A DNA stretch of 62,876 nucleotides, from positions 1 to 62,876 of the IMG/VR virus record IMGVR_UViG_3300037558_002528; one strand, 5' to 3'. Each line of letters opens with the position of its first letter. Position 1 is the first letter of the stretch. Of this stretch, positions 57,789 to 62,876 are shown piece by piece. The position numbers and the translations under genes were made by a program. This stretch comes from a virus. Lineage: Duplodnaviria; Caudoviricetes. Under the pieces are notes generated by a model. That model saw only the letters and a program-made list of their open reading frames with translations. It was not told the origin of the DNA and ran no database searches.

Positions 57789-58245
57789 TCGCAAGGCATT
57801 TCTCGACACCCTGGCCTTCAGCGAGATCGGCGCGCCGCTGCTGAAGGTCTCCGACAACGGCTACAACGTCATCGTGGGCTCCACGCCATGGAAGCCCATT
57901 CTGTTCGACAGCTATGCCGATCACCCCCGCCGTCTGATCGCGCTCAATCCTACGCTGTCCTCGACGGCCGCCGGCCGCTACCAGCTCCTGGCCCGCTACT
58001 TCGACGCCTACAAGAAGCAGCTGAACCTGCCTGACTTCTCGCCAGAGAGCCAGGATGCCATCGCGCTGCAGCAGATCATGGAACGGGGCGCGCTCGCTGA
58101 CGTCGACGCCGGGCGCTTTGATATAGCGGTCGGCAAGGTTCGCAACATCTGGGCTTCCCTGCCGGGCGCGGGCTATGGCCAGCGCGAGAATAAGCTGGAG
58201 ATCCTGCGCGCGCAATTCGCTGCCGCCGGCGGGATGCTGGCATGA
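57781..58245 (+). CDS. Endolysin, lambda R-like lytic transglycosylase
   Basis: NRKAFLD..A.SE, GYNVIVG, STAAGRYQ, DFSP.SQD, IWASLPGAGYGQ. Confidence 0.92.
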   Translation: MDNRKAFLDTLAFSEIGAPLLKVSDNGYNVIVGSTPWKPILFDSYADHPRRLIALNPTLSSTAAGRYQLLARYFDAYKKQLNLPDFSPESQDAIALQQIMERGALADVDAGRFDIAVGKVRNIWASLPGAGYGQRENKLEILRAQFAAAGGMLA

Positions 58246-58766
58246 GCGTCCTGGCCATGCTGCGCATCGTCCCGTCCTGGTGCTACTGGATCCTGGCCCT
58301 GGTGGCGCTGTGCTTGGGCTGCGAGATCCACGGCGCCGGCCGCGTGCAGGCCAAGTGGGATGCGCAGGTGAAGCAAGAGCAGGGCGCCGCCGAAGCCGCG
58401 CTGGACCTGCGGCGCGAACAAAACCGGGCCATCGGCGCCGAGCAGGCGCTCAAGTCGGCCCAGATCCAGAAAGGTCATGATGATGAAATGGCAAAAGTGC
58501 GTGCTGATCTGCGCAATTCTGAGCGGCTGCGCCTCGGTGCAGCCTGGTGCGACGGTGGCACTCCCGGACCCGCCCAAGCCAGTGGCGCCGCCGGCGGCGA
58601 TGGAGCCGGTACCGCCGGCTGGTTACTTCCTCCAGAGCTGGACAGCGCTGTTCGCGCGCTGATCGGCCAGGCCGAAGAGGCTGCGGCCACGGCGCGTGCA
58701 GCGCAGGCATTCATCAGAGAAAACGGGATGGCGGAACCACAATCCGCCTCGGATTCCGGTGGGTGA
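58242..58766 (+). CDS. i-spanin (Rz-like)
   Basis: N-terminal TM plus coiled coil after endolysin. Confidence 0.8.
   Translation: MSVLAMLRIVPSWCYWILALVALCLGCEIHGAGRVQAKWDAQVKQEQGAAEAALDLRREQNRAIGAEQALKSAQIQKGHDDEMAKVRADLRNSERLRLGAAWCDGGTPGPAQASGAAGGDGAGTAGWLLPPELDSAVRALIGQAEEAAATARAAQAFIRENGMAEPQSASDSGG
58477..58662 (+). CDS. o-spanin lipoprotein (Rz1-like), nested in +1 frame
   Basis: Lipobox ILSG-C and proline-rich mature part. Confidence 0.82.
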   Translation: MMMKWQKCVLICAILSGCASVQPGATVALPDPPKPVAPPAAMEPVPPAGYFLQSWTALFAR

Positions 58767-58944
58767 CTAAGAGGGTTGCGGTGGGCAAATTCGCAGCACA
58801 TATCGACAGGAATTTCAACATTAAAAACCGAAGTAGATTAATGGAGACCGACCCGCGAGCTGCATGGGGAGGAGATGGATCAATCGTGACCAACTTGACC
58901 ACGGTTCAGCCTGTGCGCCAGGGCTGCCTCACCATCACGATGTG

Positions 58945-59391
58945 TCAGCTTTTCTTGCGAGATTTTGGCGCTACTGGATCTTTGCCGAGGTGCTTGATGA
59001 GAGCCATTTTGTCGACCTTAACTGAGGTCTTTTCCCTGTAAAAATCACTCAATTTTTTGGCCTCAGGTTGGCGCAAGCTGCTTGAAACCATATCGGGCGT
59101 CACGATGACGTTTTCGAACGCGACCGTTGGCTTGGAAATTACCTTCCGGATAGCCCTCAGGTGCTCATCCACCTCGTCCCAAGATTGAGGATAGCCGCTG
59201 GAGTCCAGAATCACTCGAACAAGGGGGGCCCCGTGCTTCTCGGTCGGCATTGTCGTAAATGAATCAGTCAGGCGCGCGATGATCTCCGCATTCAGACTGC
59301 GACCAACCGCATCGGCAGCTTGCTGAAGGGCGTCCCGAAGTTCATCCGTCATGCGGAGCGGGTAGGGGGCTTTTTGGTGGCGGTCGGTCAT
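58945..59391 (-). CDS. Arc/Mnt-family RHH repressor (Mnt-like) with C-terminal extension
   Basis: PYPLRMTDELRDALQQAA...GRSLNAEIIARL. Confidence 0.85.
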   Translation of the reverse strand: MTDRHQKAPYPLRMTDELRDALQQAADAVGRSLNAEIIARLTDSFTTMPTEKHGAPLVRVILDSSGYPQSWDEVDEHLRAIRKVISKPTVAFENVIVTPDMVSSSLRQPEAKKLSDFYREKTSVKVDKMALIKHLGKDPVAPKSRKKS

Positions 59392-59435
59392 GGGTTAGAT
59401 TATCTAACTGACGCCAAAAAGAATCAAGATTCCAC

Positions 59436-59465
59436 TTGACTCTAGAATCATGTGGATTCTATGAT
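59436..59465 (+). promoter_or_regulatory. Pant-like promoter with palindromic operator
   Basis: TTGACT-18-TATGAT; AGAATC-atgtg-GATTCT palindrome in the spacer. Confidence 0.7.
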
Positions 59466-59511
59466 GATGTTTATGCGGTGCTGATTCCGCGTTACGACCG
59501 AAAGGATAACC

Positions 59512-59676
59512 ATGAAGAAACAGGCGGCACCTTACCCCCTGCGCCTTCCGCCGGATCTGCGGAGCTGGGTTGAGCAGTGCGCTGAGAAAGAGGCGCGAAG
59601 TGTGAATAATTTCCTCATCTTGCTGGTTTCACAAGCAAAAGAGGCGATGGCATCGACTGCAAATGCGGCGCAATAA
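59512..59676 (+). CDS. Arc-like RHH repressor (54 aa, missing from ORF track)
   Basis: MKKQAAPYPLRLPPDLRSWVEQCAEKEARSVNNFLILLV; SD AAGGA. Confidence 0.82.
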   Translation: MKKQAAPYPLRLPPDLRSWVEQCAEKEARSVNNFLILLVSQAKEAMASTANAAQ

Positions 59677-59746
59677 AAGAAAACCCCGAACAAGCTTGGC
59701 GGCCAGGTTCGGGGTTAATAGTGAACCCATCAGAAAGGAAACACTA
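59675..59746 (-). ncRNA. Sar-like antisense RNA over the RBS of the downstream operon
   Basis: Minus-strand TTGACC-17-TATGAT (59781-59753); terminator hairpin 59682-59716 with T tract. Confidence 0.65.
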
Positions 59747-59901
59747 TGCAAGATCATAGTACGCCGGCGGACGCCGGTCAAACTCAGCGCGAGCAGCGCG
59801 TCATTCGAACCACGGATGGCGGCCGTTTCTCCAAGCAATCCCGCGAGCTGCTTGCGCGAGCCTATGCCGTCCTGGCGCTGACTGGAGGCCGTCATGAGTA
59901 A
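59746..59901 (+). CDS. 51-aa ORF, first gene after arc
   Basis: SD AAAGGAA; MQDHSTPADAGQ...; overlaps next start. Confidence 0.55.
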   Translation: MQDHSTPADAGQTQREQRVIRTTDGGRFSKQSRELLARAYAVLALTGGRHE

Positions 59902-60190
59902 CGTCGCCTCCATCAAGAAGATGGTGTCCGGCTCCAAGGTCGTCTCGCGCTACGGCGTGCACGCCTCTCACAGCGGAAACTGCACGCGCGTTGAGCAAAG
60001 CTTCGTCGCCCAGGGGCCGGCAGAAACGGCGGCAAACAAGGCTGCGCAGTTGCAGGCCTTGCTCCACATGACCTACGGAGAACAGGATTCTGCCTTTTCC
60101 CGCATGAACGAAGAGCTCCGGGACAACCTGATGTGGCTTGCCGCGGATCTGAGCGGCCAAATCCGCGTGCTGTGCGACTTGGCGAAGTGA
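59894..60190 (+). CDS. Hypothetical protein of immI-like operon
   Basis: SD GGAGG; QLQALLHMTYGE...F..MN...RDN.MWLA. Confidence 0.7.
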   Translation: MSNVASIKKMVSGSKVVSRYGVHASHSGNCTRVEQSFVAQGPAETAANKAAQLQALLHMTYGEQDSAFSRMNEELRDNLMWLAADLSGQIRVLCDLAK

Positions 60191-60197
60191 GGGCACG

Positions 60198-60806
60198 ATG
60201 ACGACTATTCAATTGGCAAATATCCAAGGTGAGGCGCGGGTGGATACCCGTGCAATGGCCGATCACCTTGGCAGGCAGCACCATAGCGTCTATAAGATGG
60301 TGAAAGACTACAAAGCCGACTTCGAGCAGCTCGGAATACTTCGATTTGAAATCGAAGAAATGGGAGGTAAGCGCGGGCAGCCTGAAAAGTACGCCATGCT
60401 GAACGAGGATCAGTGCTACCTGCTGCTGACCTTCTCGCGTAATACAGCGAAAGTCCGGCAATTGAAGGTCAATTTGGTGAGGGCCTTCAAACAGGCCCGC
60501 CTGGGCCAGAAACATACTACGGCGCGGGACCGCCTGCCGATGCAGCACAAGGTTCTGGAAATTGGCGTTGACCGTCGCGTTTCGCCCACAGTAGTGCAGG
60601 CGAACGTGAACCGCTATATGGGTGTCCGCCGCAGCCGGTACGCGTCGATGTTGCAGCTGGAGCAGGGCATTGGCCTTTGTGATAGATATCTCTCGCGCAC
60701 CGAAACCGCTGAGGACCAAAAGTGCATCAGCGAGAACCACGATGCCTTGTATGGCGAGTCGCGACAACTTTGCCTTCTCACCCTGGCGTATGTGCCTGAT
60801 CGTTAA
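60198..60806 (+). CDS. Rha-family phage regulatory / antirepressor-like protein
   Basis: RVDTRAMA..LG..H, LNEDQCYLLLTFSRNT..V..LK..LV.AF. Confidence 0.85.
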   Translation: MTTIQLANIQGEARVDTRAMADHLGRQHHSVYKMVKDYKADFEQLGILRFEIEEMGGKRGQPEKYAMLNEDQCYLLLTFSRNTAKVRQLKVNLVRAFKQARLGQKHTTARDRLPMQHKVLEIGVDRRVSPTVVQANVNRYMGVRRSRYASMLQLEQGIGLCDRYLSRTETAEDQKCISENHDALYGESRQLCLLTLAYVPDR

Positions 60807-60822
60807 GTCACAGCAGAACCAG

Positions 60823-60860
60823 GCCCCGAGCTTCCCGCGTGGAGGCTCGGGGCTTTTTTG
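60823..60860 (+). terminator. Intrinsic terminator
   Basis: GCCCCGAGCTTCC...GGAGGCTCGGGGC followed by T6. Confidence 0.8.
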
Positions 60861-60947
60861 CGTTCCTGCTGTCGTATCGGCTACAGCTTGTAAAGCGGAA
60901 ATATCGGCTGTGGCTTATGAGGCAGCCTATCTCTGCAGGTGTGGATA

Positions 60948-60967
60948 TACTGTTTGCTCATACAGTA
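60948..60967. promoter_or_regulatory. LexA (SOS) box
   Basis: TACTGT-ttgctcat-ACAGTA, overlapping a TATACT -10 element. Confidence 0.85.
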
Positions 60968-60976
60968 TTTCTGACC

Positions 60977-61363
60977 ATGCCAAAGCGTCCCCTACACCTG
61001 AAGGATCCCCTATCGGTAGCCGAGCTGCGCCAGCTCTACCGCCAGAACCCAACGCCCGAGCTCGCCCGTGCGCTGTGGGAGATCGCGCGCCTGAAGCACC
61101 GCATGGAGCAATTCACCGAGGAATACATCAAGCTCATGGCCATGTGGCCACGGAACACCGGCGGCCGGCCTGTGCTGCTGGAAACCCTGAAGGCCGATAT
61201 GCTGGCCGAGACGCGTGAGGCATGGCCACGCCCGCGCGAGAAGGAAAATCCGCTGGATTTCAGGAAGGGAACCCAGTTCGCAGACCTGGACGATGAGCAC
61301 CCGGAAGACCGGTGGCTGATGGGGCAGTGGATCAAGAAGTACGGGCAACCGCCGGACTCCTGA
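60977..61363 (+). CDS. Predicted SOS-inducible phage protein of unknown function
   Basis: ATG 10 nt after the LexA box; PLS..ELR.....NP......ALWEIARL. Confidence 0.7.
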   Translation: MPKRPLHLKDPLSVAELRQLYRQNPTPELARALWEIARLKHRMEQFTEEYIKLMAMWPRNTGGRPVLLETLKADMLAETREAWPRPREKENPLDFRKGTQFADLDDEHPEDRWLMGQWIKKYGQPPDS

Positions 61364-61376
61364 CGATGCCGCAGTT

Positions 61377-62597
61377 CTATGCAACCAGGTGCAGCGGCGG
61401 CCTGGCGGCTTCAACCAGCCGATCGATGTAATCTGACCAGTCCTGCATCATCTTGGTCCGCTCTGCGAGAAACTTGGCACGGTCGTATGCTTTATCCACC
61501 TTATTGCCCTTGGCGTGCGAGAGCTGCAGGTCCACTACCTCATGCCGATAGCCAAGCTCCTGCTTGAGCACGCCCATGGCAAGAGACCGGAAGCCATGCC
61601 CAGTCATCCTGCCGCCATAGCCGATGTTCTCCAGCACTTTCAGGATTGCACCGTCCGACATGTGGGTATCCGGACGGCGCTGGTTTGGGAAGACAAATTG
61701 GTGTCGTCCTGAAATTGGCTGCATCTCTCGGAAGAGTGCAACGCATTGCCAGGAGAGGGGTACCACGTGGCCGCGCCCCTTTTTCATCCGCTCAGGTGGA
61801 ATATCCCATACCGCCTTATCCAGATCCGGCTCCGTCCAGGGCACAGCGATCAGCTCGGTTGTCCGGACGAATGTCCTCATCATCAGCCACAGAGCTACCC
61901 GCGTGGCCGGGAACATGTGGTGCTTGCTGTTGACCAGGTCCTTGATGAACTGGGGAAATTCCTCGACGGTGATCGACGCGAAGTGGCCCTTCTTGGGCTT
62001 TTTCATCACGTCCTTGAGCGCGGCAGCCGGGTTGCCCTGGGTATCGCCGCAGACAATTGCAAAATTGAAAATACGGGCAACCATGCCACGGCAGCGGCTG
62101 GCGATCTCCAGTGCGCCGCGCTTCTCGATCTCGCGGAAGACCAGCAGCAGGCGCTGGGGGGTGATCTTGGCAATCGGATCCTGGCCGATCACAGGGAAGA
62201 CATCGGTCACAAGGCGATGCAGGTTCTCTTTCGCCGTGCCATCGCCCCATTCATCGCTGGCGGCCATGTGCGCATGCCACTCCCTGGCCACCACCTCAAA
62301 CGTTCGGGCCTGGGCCACTACTTGGGCGATCTTGCTGATCTGTTTCTCGACTGCAGGGTCATTGCCAGCCTTCAACATCCGGCGGGCGTCTTCCCATTTT
62401 TCCCTGGCATCGGCCAGCGAGACATCCGGATAGGTGCCCAGAGAAAGAGACTTTTGCTTGCCCCCGAACCGGTAAGCCCCAGTCCAGTACTTGCCGCCGC
62501 CAGGGTGGACTGACAGGGATAGTCCGCGCGCGTCGGACAACTTGTAGAGCTTTTCTTTCGGCTTTGCAGCACGGCATCCGGCGTCGGTAAGGGGCAT
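61377..62597 (-). CDS. Tyrosine integrase, P4-like with arm-binding domain
   Basis: MPLTD...AKP..K.YKLSD..GL, R(TTE), HGFR, QLSH, AYDR. Confidence 0.95.
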   Translation of the reverse strand: MPLTDAGCRAAKPKEKLYKLSDARGLSLSVHPGGGKYWTGAYRFGGKQKSLSLGTYPDVSLADAREKWEDARRMLKAGNDPAVEKQISKIAQVVAQARTFEVVAREWHAHMAASDEWGDGTAKENLHRLVTDVFPVIGQDPIAKITPQRLLLVFREIEKRGALEIASRCRGMVARIFNFAIVCGDTQGNPAAALKDVMKKPKKGHFASITVEEFPQFIKDLVNSKHHMFPATRVALWLMMRTFVRTTELIAVPWTEPDLDKAVWDIPPERMKKGRGHVVPLSWQCVALFREMQPISGRHQFVFPNQRRPDTHMSDGAILKVLENIGYGGRMTGHGFRSLAMGVLKQELGYRHEVVDLQLSHAKGNKVDKAYDRAKFLAERTKMMQDWSDYIDRLVEAARPPLHLVA

Positions 62598-62598
62598 T

Positions 62599-62650
62599 TG
62601 TTGGTGAATTTTTCAATGTTGGTGAAATTCACCAACGAATTTACCAACAA
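62599..62650. repeat. Integrase arm-type sites (ATTCACCAAC consensus, four copies)
   Basis: Two inverted and two direct copies; two more at 2548-2571. Confidence 0.75.
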
Positions 62651-62691
62651 AATTTTGGGCACGCAACGCACAATGCGGAACAACATGAAAC

Positions 62692-62728
62692 AAAAAAGCC
62701 GCTGAGACTTAGCGTCAAAGCGGCTTTT
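62692..62728 (-). terminator. Phage-supplied terminator downstream of the tRNA-Ser
   Basis: AAAAAGCCGCT...AGCGGCTTTTT. Confidence 0.7.
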
Positions 62729-62760
62729 TGGAACAACTCAGAACTTCTTGGAACAATTCA

Positions 62761-62778
62761 TTGGCGGAGACGGAGGGA
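62761..62778. repeat. Right att core
   Basis: Identical to 2474-2491; overlaps the tRNA 3' end. Confidence 0.95.
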
Positions 62779-62855
62779 TTCGAACCCTCGATACAGGTTT
62801 AAGCCCGTATGCTTCCTTAGCAGGGAAGTGCCTTCGACCACTCGGCCACGTCTCC
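62762..62855 (-). tRNA. Host tRNA-Ser(GCT)
   Basis: GGAGACG acceptor, CTTCC-CTGCTAA-GGAAG anticodon arm, long variable arm, GGTTCGAATCC, GCCA end. Confidence 0.96.
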
Positions 62856-62876
62856 ACACTGAAGGCTGTTATCGCA

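Noticed and set aside
58767-58944. Possible small gene between spanin and the Mnt-like gene
   Set aside because: Only short ORFs without SD or recognisable features; insufficient support

Overview
About 60.3 kb of this window (2474-62778) is one apparently complete temperate prophage. It is integrated in the 3' end of a host tRNA-Ser(GCT) and bounded by an 18-bp direct repeat. The host flank on the left carries a PAS-GGDEF-EAL gene and sodC; the high GC and CTGT-N8-ACAG LexA box are consistent with a betaproteobacterial host (inference). The phage has lambdoid control (cI/cro/cII with 17-bp operators, a Q-like gene with a pR'-like promoter) and a P22 immI-like region (mnt/arc/antisense RNA/Rha). 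It also has a P4-type integrase with an AlpA excisionase, a contractile-tail morphogenesis module (DUF1073/DUF2213/DUF2184/DUF3383-type) and a lysis cassette with nested spanins. The most interesting accessory signals are: (1) a MuF-linked LPD3/BECR-like head cargo gene followed by a convergent ~80-nt structured RNA with its own TATAAT, a candidate RNA-antitoxin system; (2) a small proline-rich peptide coupled to a SLATT-like 2TM gene at the lambda rexAB position; (3) phage RtcB plus degenerate tRNAs and CCA-ending hairpins; (4) a C5-methyltransferase with seven tandem TRD-like repeats; (5) a type I toxin-antitoxin-like insert inside the baseplate operon; (6) an O-acyltransferase and SGNH esterase pair; (7) a G8 frameshift splitting the protease-scaffold gene. 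All family assignments are by eye from motifs and synteny; no database searches were run.
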